A stretch of 64,000 nucleotides of DNA from Burkholderiales bacterium (GTDB lineage Bacteria; Pseudomonadota; Gammaproteobacteria; Burkholderiales; SG8-39), in NCBI GenBank assembly GCA_027493935.1, contig JAOSJV010000010.1:654387-718386 (forward strand), read 5' to 3'. Position numbers and translations under genes: made by a program. The notes under the pieces are model-generated. The model was not told where the DNA came from and did no database searches. It worked only from the letters and a program-made list of their open reading frames with translations. This document shows positions 19,636-31,899 of the stretch, one piece after another. Each line of letters starts with the position of its first letter. The first letter of the stretch is position 1.

Positions 19636-20831
19636 GTCGCCGCCGCCTTTCTGCGGCTATACGGCGACACCGACAATCGCGCGCGCTCGGGCGCGACGCC
19701 GATCTCCTCGTCGTCCAGGTAGCAGCCCGGGTCCTCCTCCCACGCGTCGCCGGTCAGGCTGCGCGCGCGGGTGCGGGTGTTCCCACCGCACACGTCGAAG
19801 TAGGCGCACGCGCCGCAGCGGCCCTTGATCGAGCGCGGGCTCGCCTTGAGGCCCGCCATGATCGGGTCGGAGTCGTCCCGCCAGATCTCCGAGAAGGCCC
19901 GCTGGCGCACATTGCCGAGCGTGTAGTCCCACCAGTAGGTGTCCGGATGCACGTCGCCGATGTTGTCGATGTTCGCGACGTTCACGCCGGAGCTGTTGCC
20001 GCCCCACTGCGCGAGCTTCGCGCGCACGTGCGCTTCCATGTGCGGCAGGTTGCGCCGCACCCACAAGAGAAAGTACACGCCGTCGGCGTCGTTGTTGCCG
20101 GTCACGAACTCCTTTGCGAGACCGCGCGACTGGCGGTCCCAGCACGTGTCGAACAGGAGATCCATCGCGCGGCGCGTGGTGGCGAGGTAGGCGTCGTGCC
20201 GACGGTTCACGTTGCCTCGTCCGGCGTAATTCAGATGCGACAGGTAGAACTTGTCGATGCCCTCGGACTCGGTCAGCGCGAGAAGCCATGGCAGGTCGTC
20301 GCGATTCGCCTCGGTCAGCGTGAAGCGAACGCCGATCTTGATGCCGGCGTCGCGGCAGCGGCGCAGCGCGTCGATCGAGGCGTCGAACGCACCGGCCTTG
20401 CGCCGGAACCGGTCGTGGGTCGCGCGCCGCCCGTCCAGACTGATGCCGACGTAGTCGAAGCCGACCTCGGCGACGCGGGCCACGTGCGGCGCGTCCATCA
20501 GCGTGCCGTTGGTCGAGAGCGCGGTATAGAACCCCTCGGCTCTCGCGCGGTGCGCGATGTCGAAGATGTCTGGCCTGAGCAGCGGCTCGCCGCCGGAGAG
20601 AATGAGCACCGGCACGCCGAAGCGCTTGAGGTCGTCCATGACGCCGAACACCTCTGCGGTGGACAGCTCGCCCGGGAAGTCGATGTCGGCGGACACCGAG
20701 TAGCAGTGCCGGCACGTCAGGTTGCACCGCCGGATCAGGTTCCAGATCACCACCGGTCCCGGTGGATTGCGCTTCGGCCCCACCGGCGTCGGCGCTGCCA
20801 GCTCCTGCATGAATTGCGAGACGCGGAACAT
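19632..20831 (-). CDS. nirJ: Heme d1 biosynthesis radical SAM protein NirJ
   Basis: GPVVIWNLIRRCNLTCRHCY; C-terminal SPASM-type cysteines. Confidence 0.93.
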   Translation of the reverse strand: MFRVSQFMQELAAPTPVGPKRNPPGPVVIWNLIRRCNLTCRHCYSVSADIDFPGELSTAEVFGVMDDLKRFGVPVLILSGGEPLLRPDIFDIAHRARAEGFYTALSTNGTLMDAPHVARVAEVGFDYVGISLDGRRATHDRFRRKAGAFDASIDALRRCRDAGIKIGVRFTLTEANRDDLPWLLALTESEGIDKFYLSHLNYAGRGNVNRRHDAYLATTRRAMDLLFDTCWDRQSRGLAKEFVTGNNDADGVYFLLWVRRNLPHMEAHVRAKLAQWGGNSSGVNVANIDNIGDVHPDTYWWDYTLGNVRQRAFSEIWRDDSDPIMAGLKASPRSIKGRCGACAYFDVCGGNTRTRARSLTGDAWEEDPGCYLDDEEIGVAPERARLSVSPYSRRKAAAT

Positions 20832-20848
20832 CGCAGGTTTCTCCTTTT

Positions 20849-20956
20849 CCCCTCCTCTCCGAGGGGTGCCGGCGAAGCCGGCGGGGTGGTGACCGCCGAT
20901 CGGGACTCGAGCCACCCCGGCTGCTTCGCAGCCACCCCTGCTCGAAAAGGAGGGGA
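20849..20956. repeat. Palindromic repeat family 2, copy 1
   Basis: CCCCTCCT...GCCGGCGAAGCCGGCGGGGTGGT...ACCCCGGCTGCTTCGCAGCCACCCCT...AGGAGGGG; an inverted related copy lies at 46691-46803. Confidence 0.7.
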
Positions 20957-20976
20957 AAAGGAACCAGGCAACGCCT

Positions 20977-21477
20977 TCACTCCGCTCTCAACCGCAACCC
21001 CGTCTTCTTCAGGATCCGCCTGCTGTAGAGCACCTCGTGCGCGCGCGCCGCGTCGCCGAGCAGCGCGGCGATCTCGCCGACGTGCGCGCCGACCTCGTCG
21101 CGCGTGCGGCCGTGGACCATCGCGAACAGGTTGTAGCGCCAGCGCGGCGGCACGCGCGGCCGGCGATAGCAGTGGCTCACGAACGCGAGCGCGCCCACCT
21201 GCGGGCCGAGCGCCGCAATGCGGTCGTCCGCGACGTCCCACACCGACATGCCGTTCGCCGGGTAGCCGAGCGCGTAGTGGTTCGGCACCGCGGCGATGCG
21301 CCGGATCACGCCGAGCGACTTCATGCGGGCGAGCCGCGCCATCACCTCCTCGGCCGACAGCCCGAGCGAGCGCGCCACCGCGTGGTAGGGCTCGACGGCG
21401 AGCGGCAGTCCGCCCTGCGTCGCGAGGATGATCGCGCGGTCGGTCTGATCCAGCCGGATCTCGGCGGGCGCGTTCAT
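20977..21477 (-). CDS. nirH: Siroheme decarboxylase subunit NirH
   Basis: Lrp/AsnC-like; VPNHYALGY, VSHCYRR, YNLFAMVH, ILKKTG. Confidence 0.9.
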   Translation of the reverse strand: MNAPAEIRLDQTDRAIILATQGGLPLAVEPYHAVARSLGLSAEEVMARLARMKSLGVIRRIAAVPNHYALGYPANGMSVWDVADDRIAALGPQVGALAFVSHCYRRPRVPPRWRYNLFAMVHGRTRDEVGAHVGEIAALLGDAARAHEVLYSRRILKKTGLRLRAE

Positions 21478-21479
21478 TG

Positions 21480-21923
21480 CTACACGGCGATGCGCAGATC
21501 GAGGAAGTACTCGTCGAGCTTGGGCAGGTCGAGCACCGCGAGCCCCGTCTCCCGCTCGATGTCGGCGATCACGCGGGCAACCGCCTCGGGCCGCTCGCAC
21601 GCAACCACGAACCACATATTGAGCGCGTGCTCGCGCTCGTAGTTGTGCGCCACTTCCGGGTGCGCGTTCACGAGCGCGGCCACGCGATCGAAATCCGCGG
21701 CCGGGACGCTCATCGCGGCGAGCGTGAAGGCGCCGCCCATCGCCGTCGCGTCGTACATCGGGCCGAAGCGCGTGAGCGCACCGTCGGCGAGCAGGCGCGC
21801 GATGCGCGCGAGGAGCGCGTCCTCCTCCACGTCGAGCGCGGCGGCCACCGGTGCAAACGGCCGCGCGGCGACCTCGACGCCGTGCTGCAGCCGGTTCACG
21901 ACGGCGCGGTCGAGCTCATCCAT
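21480..21923 (-). CDS. nirG: Siroheme decarboxylase subunit NirG
   Basis: RFGPMYD, VAHNYEREH, NMWFV. Confidence 0.9.
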   Translation of the reverse strand: MDELDRAVVNRLQHGVEVAARPFAPVAAALDVEEDALLARIARLLADGALTRFGPMYDATAMGGAFTLAAMSVPAADFDRVAALVNAHPEVAHNYEREHALNMWFVVACERPEAVARVIADIERETGLAVLDLPKLDEYFLDLRIAV

Positions 21924-22956
21924 GGCGCAGCTCCGCCGGCACGCCGTAGCGCGCGCCCGTCTGCTTGAAGCGGCGCAGGCTGAACAGCGCTGCGTGCGGA
22001 TGGTGCCCTAGCCCGTGGCGCGCCTCGATGCCGGCGAGCTTGCCGAGCACCTCCGGACGCGACCTGCCGTGCAGCATGCAGTACAGGTTGTAGCGCCAGT
22101 GCGGCGCAGCCCGCTCCCGCCGGTAGCACAGCGTGACTGCCGGCTCGTCGGCGAGCCCGCGCCCGACCGCGCTCACTTCCGCGTCGGGCACGTCCCAGAC
22201 GCACATTGCGTTCGCGCCGAACCCGAGCTCGTGATGACGCACGACGACGCCGAACCGCCGGATCAGCCCGAGGGCCTGCCAGGCGGCAAGCGTCTCCAGG
22301 ACCGCACCCTCGCTCACCCCGGCGCGCCCCGCGAGCACCGCGAACGGGCGCGGGACGAGGTCGAGTCCGTCCTGCAGCGCGGCGACCAGCCGCTGCCCCG
22401 ACGGGCTGACCGCGATGCGCGGCGGCGGCCCGCCCGATACGCGCTTCGGAAGCTCGGCAGCGCCCGATCGACGGCCTGCCAGCGCGCGACCGTCCCCTGG
22501 CGCTGCGCGCCGGCCGGCGAGGTCGAAGCCGAGATCGATGTGGAACTCCTCCACGAGCGGCAGCGAGAGCACCTCGATGCCGGTCGTCTCGCCGATCGCG
22601 CGCAGCACCTGGCGCAACCGGCCCGCGTCGGGCGCGGCGGCGACGAACCACAGGTTGAGCCGGTGTTCGCGCTCGTAGTTGTGGTTGACCTCGCGAAAGC
22701 CGGAGACGTAGCGCGCAACCGTGGCGAGCCGCCCGGCCGGAACCGCCATCGCCGCCAGCGACGAGGCGCCGATCGCATTCGGGCGGAAGACCGCGCCGAC
22801 CCGGCTGACCGCGCCGTGCGTCCTGAGCCGCGCGAGCGTCTCGAGCACCGAATCGCAGGATGTGCCCAGACGGCGGGCGATCGCGGCATACGGCTCGGAC
22901 ACCAGCGGGAAGTCGCGCTGGAAGTCGTTCAGCAGCCTGAACTCGAGCTCGCCCAT
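21916..22956 (-). CDS. nirD: Fused siroheme decarboxylase NirD-NirL
   Basis: Two Lrp-like halves: FQRDFPL..VNHNYEREH and RRFGVVVRHHELG..TLCYRR..YCMLHG..FKQTG. Confidence 0.88.
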   Translation of the reverse strand: MGELEFRLLNDFQRDFPLVSEPYAAIARRLGTSCDSVLETLARLRTHGAVSRVGAVFRPNAIGASSLAAMAVPAGRLATVARYVSGFREVNHNYEREHRLNLWFVAAAPDAGRLRQVLRAIGETTGIEVLSLPLVEEFHIDLGFDLAGRRAAPGDGRALAGRRSGAAELPKRVSGGPPPRIAVSPSGQRLVAALQDGLDLVPRPFAVLAGRAGVSEGAVLETLAAWQALGLIRRFGVVVRHHELGFGANAMCVWDVPDAEVSAVGRGLADEPAVTLCYRRERAAPHWRYNLYCMLHGRSRPEVLGKLAGIEARHGLGHHPHAALFSLRRFKQTGARYGVPAELRHG

Positions 22957-22958
22957 GG

Positions 22959-24254
22959 TCACAGGCCGATCTTTCGCGCGCGCCAGGTGAAGAAGATCCC
23001 GCTCGGGCTCTGCGCCGGCAGCTCGGCGAGCTTGCGGAAGCTCGCCGTGTCGTAGACGACGACGCGGTGCGAATCGCGCGCCGAGATCCAGATCTGGTCG
23101 CCGCGCGCGGTGAATTCCATGTGCAGGACGGTCTTGCCGGGCTCGAGCGACTCCACCGGCGCGAGCGTGGCGACGTCGATCACCTGCACGACGCCGTTGC
23201 GCGGGAACGCGAAGTTGACCCACACCTGGCGGCCGTCCGGCCGCGCCATGACGAACACCGGTTGGCCGTGCACCGCGATCTCGGCGGTCTGCTTCCAGGT
23301 GCGCCGGTCGACCACCAGCACGGCGTGCCTGCCGATCGCCGGCAGGAAGGCATAGTCGCCGGCGATCGCCCAGCCGCGAAGATGCGGCATCTTGTAGACG
23401 GGCAGCTTCTCGCCGCCGCGGCCGTAGCCGTCGAGGATGCGCCGCACGCCGGCGTCGAGGTCTTGCATGTCGAGCAGCGCGAGGCCGTCCTCGCCGAACA
23501 GCCCCGCGATGTAATGCCTCCCGTCCGGGGTGATCAGCGCATCGTAGGGCAGGCTGCCGACGTTGGCGAACTTGCGCACCCGCGGGCGCCGCGGATCGGC
23601 CACATCGGCGACCCAGATCGCGTCGGCCTCGAACAGGCTGAAGACGAACCGATCGCCCGGCGCGTCGGCGATGCCGACCACCTTCGCACGCTTGCCTTCG
23701 GACCCGTAGGTCGACGGGATCTCGGACAGGAGCTCGAGCGAGGCGGCGTCGAAGATCTTGACCCCGCCCGGATCGTAGTTCGCGACCGCGACGAGGCGAC
23801 CGTCCTTGGAAATCGCGCCGCCGATCGAGTTGCCCGCCTGCACCGTCCGGGCGAGCGTCCTGCGCGCGACGATGTCGATCTTCGTGAGACCGCCGTCGCG
23901 CCCGAACACGAATGCGTGCCGGCCGTCGGGCGAGTAGACGATCGCCGCGTGCGAGAGGTCGCCCAGGCCCTCGATGCGCGCGAGGCTCGCGTGCTTCGCC
24001 TGGTCCACCACCTGGACGCTGCCGGTGGCGCGCTCGATCACGACACCGAGCCGGTCGGTGGACTGCGGCACCACCGGCGCGCAGGCCGCGAGGGCGAGCG
24101 CGGCGGCCGCGACCAGGAGCCCCCTAGGGAAGCTCTGAACAACCTCGTCATTCCCGCGCGAGCAGGAATCCAGTGCAAGCGCAATCAACCGCTCCCAGGA
24201 TGCCCGGTTTCGCTGGGATGACTTGATCAGAGGTTCCCTACTGGCGCGTCTCAT
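22959..24254 (-). CDS. nirF: Heme d1 biosynthesis lipoprotein NirF, with an in-frame 38-aa MITE insertion in its signal peptide
   Basis: Lipobox LAAC; GDLSHA, PVYKMPHLRGW, GQPVF, PSGIFF. Confidence 0.92.
   Translation of the reverse strand: MRRASREPLIKSSQRNRASWERLIALALDSCSRGNDEVVQSFPRGLLVAAAALALAACAPVVPQSTDRLGVVIERATGSVQVVDQAKHASLARIEGLGDLSHAAIVYSPDGRHAFVFGRDGGLTKIDIVARRTLARTVQAGNSIGGAISKDGRLVAVANYDPGGVKIFDAASLELLSEIPSTYGSEGKRAKVVGIADAPGDRFVFSLFEADAIWVADVADPRRPRVRKFANVGSLPYDALITPDGRHYIAGLFGEDGLALLDMQDLDAGVRRILDGYGRGGEKLPVYKMPHLRGWAIAGDYAFLPAIGRHAVLVVDRRTWKQTAEIAVHGQPVFVMARPDGRQVWVNFAFPRNGVVQVIDVATLAPVESLEPGKTVLHMEFTARGDQIWISARDSHRVVVYDTASFRKLAELPAQSPSGIFFTWRARKIGL
24127..24238. mobile_element. 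112-bp non-autonomous MITE with a REP doublet, flanked by TA
   Basis: TA|GGGAAGCTCTGAACAA ... TTGATCAGAGGTTCCC|TA (16-bp TIR, 2 mismatches); internal GTCATTCCCGCG..GGAATCC and GGATGCCCGG..GGGATGAC. Confidence 0.8.
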
Positions 24255-24618
24255 CGCGCAATCCGTTCTGCAGCTGATCCACGATCCAGGCCGCCTCCGC
24301 CTCGCTCACGAATGGCCGCCAGGGCGGCATCGCGGTGCCAGGCCGCCCGTTGACGATCGTGAGCGCGAGGCTCTCGGCCGGCTTGTCGCGCAGGGCGTCG
24401 GGCGTGAGCGGCGGCCCCAGCCCGCCTTTGAGCATCATGCCGTGGCAGGACCCGCAGTCCTGGCGCACGAGCGTGACGAGCTCGCGCTGCCGTTCCACGC
24501 GCGGTCCCGCGCCGCCGCCGGCAGCCGCAGCGGCCGTCACGGCGAGCGCGGCGGAGGTCACGATCAGGAGGGCTGGGAGGAGTCGCACGGCGCAGGTCAC
24601 GGTCCGGATTACCGCCAT
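24238..24618 (-). CDS. nirC: Cytochrome c55X NirC (start uncertain)
   Basis: RQDCGSCHG..KGGLGPPL..GRPGTAMPPW. Confidence 0.92.
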   Translation of the reverse strand: MAVIRTVTCAVRLLPALLIVTSAALAVTAAAAAGGGAGPRVERQRELVTLVRQDCGSCHGMMLKGGLGPPLTPDALRDKPAESLALTIVNGRPGTAMPPWRPFVSEAEAAWIVDQLQNGLRDETRQ

Positions 24619-24644
24619 GATCCGGATTTGCGCCGCCGGCGAAT

Positions 24645-24658
24645 TTGATGCACCTCAA
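24645..24658. promoter_or_regulatory. FNR/DNR-type box upstream of nirC
   Basis: TTGAT-GCAC-CTCAA located between the nirS terminator and nirC. Confidence 0.7.
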
Positions 24659-24701
24659 GCACGCTGCACGGCACGCAACCGCGTTTCTCCCGCACACCGG
24701 C

Positions 24702-24728
24702 AAAAAAACGGGGGCGTCGCGTCCCCGC
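24702..24728 (-). terminator. Rho-independent terminator of nirS
   Basis: Minus strand CGGGGACGCGACGCCCCCG followed by T7. Confidence 0.75.
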
Positions 24729-24772
24729 TTCCGCCGGCCGCGCGCGGCGGCCGGCTCCCCTTGCGAGCGCCC

Positions 24773-26533
<1,761 letters not shown>

Positions 26534-26605
26534 TCAGCGCGATTGGAGATCAGGACGGATTCGCATTCACCTCGACCAATGTAGGGATACCCGGAGCGCC
26601 CGACC

Positions 26606-26619
26606 TTGACTTGCGTCAA
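26606..26619. promoter_or_regulatory. FNR/DNR-type box upstream of nirS
   Basis: TTGAC-TTGC-GTCAA. Confidence 0.8.
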
Positions 26620-26670
26620 ACAGCGTGCCGTCTGGAGCAGGAGGACATACCCTGACGCTGCCGCGCACGT

Positions 26671-28415
26671 TCAGCGCCCGGGGCGGCCGGCGTCGTCGGC
26701 CGGCGGATGCTCGTCGGGGATTCCTCCGGCGGCGGAGGGCTCCATCGCCTGCACCAGCTCGCGCGCGCGCGAGGCCCGCTCGTGCCGCTTGCGGCGCTCG
26801 ACCAGCGGCATGCACTTGTTGTTGTCGTAATAGGTCACCTGGCAGTCGAGGCAATAGTGGCACTCGTTGGCGTTGATCTCGCCGGTCTGGCGGATCGCGC
26901 TCACCTCGCACTCGCGCGCGCAGATCTGGCACGGCCGGCCGCACTCCTTGCGCCGGCGCAACCACCAGTCGAACACGCGGAACCGCCCGGGGATCGAGAG
27001 CGCCGCGCCGAGCGGACAGAGGTACTTGCAGAAGAACTTGCGGTTTGCCGCCGCGATCGCGAGCAGCGCTCCGGCGTAGAGCAGGAACGGCCACTCGCGC
27101 TGGAACCGAAGGACGATCGTGGTCTTGAACGGCTCGATCTCGGCGAAGCGCGCCGCCTCGGTGAGCGACTGCAGCGAGATGCCGAAGAGCAGGATGAGCA
27201 CCAGGTACTTCACCGCCGTCAGCCGCTCGTGCACCACCTCCGAGAAGTCGAGCTGGCGCACCCCGAGCCGCCGTGCGAGCTGGTTGCCGAGCTCCTGCAG
27301 CGCACCGTACGGGCACAGCCAGCCGCAGTACACGCCGCGGCCCCAGAGGAGCAGCGTGAGGGCGACGAAGCCCCACAGGATGAAGAGCATCGGATCGATC
27401 AGGAAATTCTCCCAGCGGAAGTCGTGCGTCACCGCATGCACGAAAGTGAGCACGTGAACCACCGAGAGCTGCGCGAGCGTGTACCAGCCGATGAAGAAGA
27501 GGGTGTAGAGCAGGAAGCCGCGCCGCACGTACCACAGCAGCGCGGGACGCCGCGCGAGCCAGTCCTGGAACACCAGGATCGCGGCGAGCGCGAGCAGCCC
27601 GAGCACCAGCAGCGCGATCCGGCCGGTGCTCTCGCGCCACACCTGTTTCCACAATGGCTCCGCCTCGAACGACTGCGCTTCGGAAACCGACGGCACGGCG
27701 CGCATCTGTACCGCCGGCGGCTGCGTCCGTGCCTGGGCGGCGGACGCCGCTGCCGGCGGGGCGCGCGGTGCCGGCGGCTCGGCGGCTACCGTCCGCCCGG
27801 GCGGCGCGGCAGGCGTACCGACACTGGCGGGTGCCGGCGCCGCTTCGCCCCCCGGTCGCAGGCCGCGCGACTCCGCGACGATGCGCGCGGCGCGGGTGAC
27901 GGTCGCGTTCTGGACCATGACCGTGATCGTCGCCCCGGAGATCGTATCCACGGCGACGTGGCCCGCGCGCGGCGCCCCGACCGTGATGTTGTCGAACACC
28001 GACTTTCCGACGTACTGGTCGGTGAACGCCTTCAGGCGCGCCTCCGAGATGCCGACGGCGAGGATCGGCTCCTGGTGCTCGACGATCGCGACCCCGGTGA
28101 TGCGCCCGGCGAGATCGAAGCCGACCAGCGTATTGATCGGCTCGCCCGAATAGGCGGGGATCTGCACCACGTCGTTGGTGAGCAGCAGATAGCCGATCAG
28201 TCCCTCGGCGCGATAGACGGGCGCCGCGCGCGGCTCGCCCTCGAATGCGCCGAAACGGTCGGCCGCCGGAAAGAAGGCGCGCGCCTGTGGGAAGCGCGCC
28301 AGCGCGGATTCGGCGCGCGCGGCGCCGATCGCGCCGCACGCGAGCGCATACGCGATGAGCAGCGCCCCAGGGCACGCAGGGGCGCTCGGCGGCGCGGGAG
28401 CGATCTCGGCGGCAT
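26671..28415 (-). CDS. nirI: NosR/NirI family FMN-binding, iron-sulfur membrane protein (probable frameshift at ~28366-28369)
   Basis: [13 protein letters not shown]-binding motif; [42 protein letters not shown]. The frame is open upstream of 28170, and one added base gives the signal peptide [20 protein letters not shown]. Confidence 0.85.
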
Positions 28416-28454
28416 TCGGAGCGCATATTGGAATGGCCCCCGCCCGGCGCGCCT

Positions 28455-28495
28455 TTGACGTGCGTCAAACGCGACGGCGATTTGACCCGCGTCAA
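28455..28495. promoter_or_regulatory. Two FNR/DNR-type boxes in the divergent nirI/nirE promoter
   Basis: TTGAC-GTGC-GTCAA (28455-28468) and TTGAC-CCGC-GTCAA (28482-28495). Confidence 0.8.
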
Positions 28496-28552
28496 AGTCG
28501 CCTCCGGAGCGGCCACATAGATTGCAGGGACACGGTGGGCAGGAGAGATCGG

Positions 28553-29461
28553 GTGGGCGATTCGGACAAGAAGAACCTTGCACCGGAGCTGCAAGCGGCG
28601 CGGGGCGACGACGCCGCGCCGCGTGTGCGCGCGGCGCGCCGGACTGCGGCCCGCCGCGGCAGCGCGGTCGGCTCAGCGGGCGAGGGGGTCGTGTACCTCG
28701 TCGGCGCCGGGCCCGGCGACCCGGAGCTCCTCACGCTGAAGGCGGCGCGGCTGCTGCAGCAAGCCGACGTCTGCGTCTACGACCACCTGGTGAGCAACGA
28801 CGTGCTCGGCCTGGTGCGCCGCGACGCCGAGCTCGTCTACGCCGGCAAGGAGAAGTCGAACCACGCGCTGCCGCAGTCGGATATCAACGCGCTGCTCGTC
28901 GCGCTCGCGCGCAAGGGCAAGCGGGTGCTGCGCCTGAAGGGTGGCGATCCGTTCATCTTCGGCCGCGGTGGCGAGGAGATGCAGTTCCTCGCCGAGCACG
29001 GCGTGCCGTTCGAGGTGGTTCCGGGCGTGACCTCGGCGAGCGGCGCCTCGGCCTACGGCGGCATCCCGCTCACGCACCGCGACTACGCGCAGGCGTGCGT
29101 GTTCGTCACCGGCCACCGCAAGAACGGCACGTGCGATCTCGACTGGCCGATGCTCGCCCGCTCCAACCAGACGGTGGTGTTCTACATGGGGCTGGGGCAG
29201 ATCGCGGAGATCTGCGAGCAGCTCAAGGCCCACGGCCTGCCCGCGGACTGGCCCGCCGCCGCGGTGGAGCGTGCGAGCACGGCGAAGCAGCGCGTCGTGA
29301 CCGGCACCCTGTCGACGCTGCCCGGCCGGACGGCGCACGCAGGCGTACGCGCGCCGGCGCTGATCATCGTCGGCGAGGTCGTGAAGCTGCGTACCGAGCT
29401 CGGCTGGTTCGACACCGACGCCGAGCGCCAGATTACCCACCCCGAACCCGCGCACGCCTAG
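28553..29461 (+). CDS. nirE: Uroporphyrinogen-III C-methyltransferase (NirE/CobA)
   Basis: [43 protein letters not shown]; adjacent to the nir cluster. Confidence 0.92.
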   Translation: MGDSDKKNLAPELQAARGDDAAPRVRAARRTAARRGSAVGSAGEGVVYLVGAGPGDPELLTLKAARLLQQADVCVYDHLVSNDVLGLVRRDAELVYAGKEKSNHALPQSDINALLVALARKGKRVLRLKGGDPFIFGRGGEEMQFLAEHGVPFEVVPGVTSASGASAYGGIPLTHRDYAQACVFVTGHRKNGTCDLDWPMLARSNQTVVFYMGLGQIAEICEQLKAHGLPADWPAAAVERASTAKQRVVTGTLSTLPGRTAHAGVRAPALIIVGEVVKLRTELGWFDTDAERQITHPEPAHA

Positions 29462-29570
29462 AAAGCTCTGCGCGAGGTCGTCATTCCCGCGCAAGCGGGA
29501 ATCCAAAGCACGCGCAGTCAATGGCTTGCTGGATCCCGCTGCCGCGGGGATGACCAGCGCGGAGGCTTGC
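29461..29570. mobile_element. 110-bp degenerate copy of the TA-flanked REP-doublet MITE
   Basis: TA|GAAAGCTCTG..TCGTCATTCCCGCGCAAGCGGGAATCCA...TGGATCCCGCTGCCGCGGGGATGAC..GAGGCTTGC|TA. Confidence 0.68.
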
Positions 29571-29829
29571 TACCCTCGCGGCTGCCGTCGGCGCCGTGCT
29601 CGTGCAACCACTGGTCGAGGTCGGCATCGCCGTCCTCGTCCGGCGCGAGCCACTCGTCGAGCGCGTCCTCGCCCGGCGCCTCCATCGACGGGATGAAGCG
29701 CTCGCGGGCCGAGGCGGGCACGGCGCGCGGCGCTGCGGCCTTCCGGCCCGTGTCCCGGTCGGCGGCAAGACCGCTGGTCGTCCGGTGGCGTGCTGGGGCC
29801 GCACGGCCTGCACGCTTCGATTTCGTCAT
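29518..29829 (-). CDS. Small hypothetical protein with basic N-terminus and acidic LDxWL repeats
   Basis: Strong AGGAGG RBS; LDEWL...LDQWL; the C-terminus runs into the MITE. Confidence 0.5.
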   Translation of the reverse strand: MTKSKRAGRAAPARHRTTSGLAADRDTGRKAAAPRAVPASARERFIPSMEAPGEDALDEWLAPDEDGDADLDQWLHEHGADGSREGSKPPRWSSPRQRDPASH

Positions 29830-30336
29830 TGCTACCTCCTCTCCGGCGTCGGGTCTCTAGTCATCGCGCTCGATCCTCGCCCGCGCCGGTATGCCGTCTT
29901 GTGCTGTTGCTGTCTTCGCGCGAGAGCTTCCCGTGCAGAAGCGTCCGCCTCGCATCGCGCCGCGCGCAACGCACCGCGAACGCAGACCGCATCGTACTAC
30001 CATCCAGCCGTCATAACGCAATCAGTTTTTTTGTGGCGCGATCATTTCGCGACGATCGCGCACGACGCGAAGCAAGCACCGCGCCGGATCGCGCCGAGTC
30101 GAGGGCGCGCGCGTGCGCGCTCGCCGCCGCACGGCACGGCATTCGACGCGACGAAGCGCTCACTCTCGAGCTGATGATCGCGCCGACGCCAATCGAAACG
30201 GCGCCGCCGGTTGATCGTACTGGCGACCGAAGCGCAGGCGTCCGACGCACTCGCGCGTATCGCGCGGCGATGCAGTCCTCCGACGCGATGCGGCGCATTG
30301 CGCGAGCTCCTGCAGACAACCGGTAGAATCAACGAC

Positions 30337-31329
<993 letters not shown>

Positions 31330-31351
31330 ATCCTCGGCTGGGCGCCGATCG

Positions 31352-31882
31352 ATGCTGCCTCGTTTCGCGCCGGGTATCGCCCTCGCGCTGGCCTTGTGGC
31401 TCGGACCCGCCGCGGCGCAGAAGACCCGGCCGGATGCCCCGTTCATCCCGACGCCGCCCGCGGTCGTGGCCGAGATGCTGCGAGTGGCGGCGGTCGGCGC
31501 CTACGACGTCGTCTACGACCTCGGCTCCGGCGACGGGCGCATCGTGATCGCGGCGGCGAAGGAGCGCGGGGCGCACGGCGTGGGCATCGAGCTCGATCCG
31601 GCGCTCGTCGCGCGCGCCCAAGAGGAGGCGCAGCGCGCCGGCGTGGCGGACCGCGTCCGGTTCGTCCGGCAGGATCTCTTCCAGGCCGACCTGTCGGAGG
31701 CGACCGTGGTCGCGCTCTACCTCCTCCCGGTCCTGAACCACGCGCTCGGCCCGAAGCTGCAGGATCTGCGGCCGGGCACGCGCATCGTCTCGCACGACTT
31801 CGCGATCGGCGACTGGGAGCCCGACCACGTCTCGGTGGTGCAAGGCAAGCGCGTGTACCTCTGGATCGTCCGGCGCCGTTAG
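31352..31882 (+). CDS. Class I SAM-dependent methyltransferase with signal-peptide-like N-terminus
   Basis: APFIPTP, VYDLGSGDGRI, GIELD, RIVSHDF. Confidence 0.85.
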   Translation: MLPRFAPGIALALALWLGPAAAQKTRPDAPFIPTPPAVVAEMLRVAAVGAYDVVYDLGSGDGRIVIAAAKERGAHGVGIELDPALVARAQEEAQRAGVADRVRFVRQDLFQADLSEATVVALYLLPVLNHALGPKLQDLRPGTRIVSHDFAIGDWEPDHVSVVQGKRVYLWIVRRR

Positions 31883-31899
31883 GCGGCCGCGCAGGCGCG

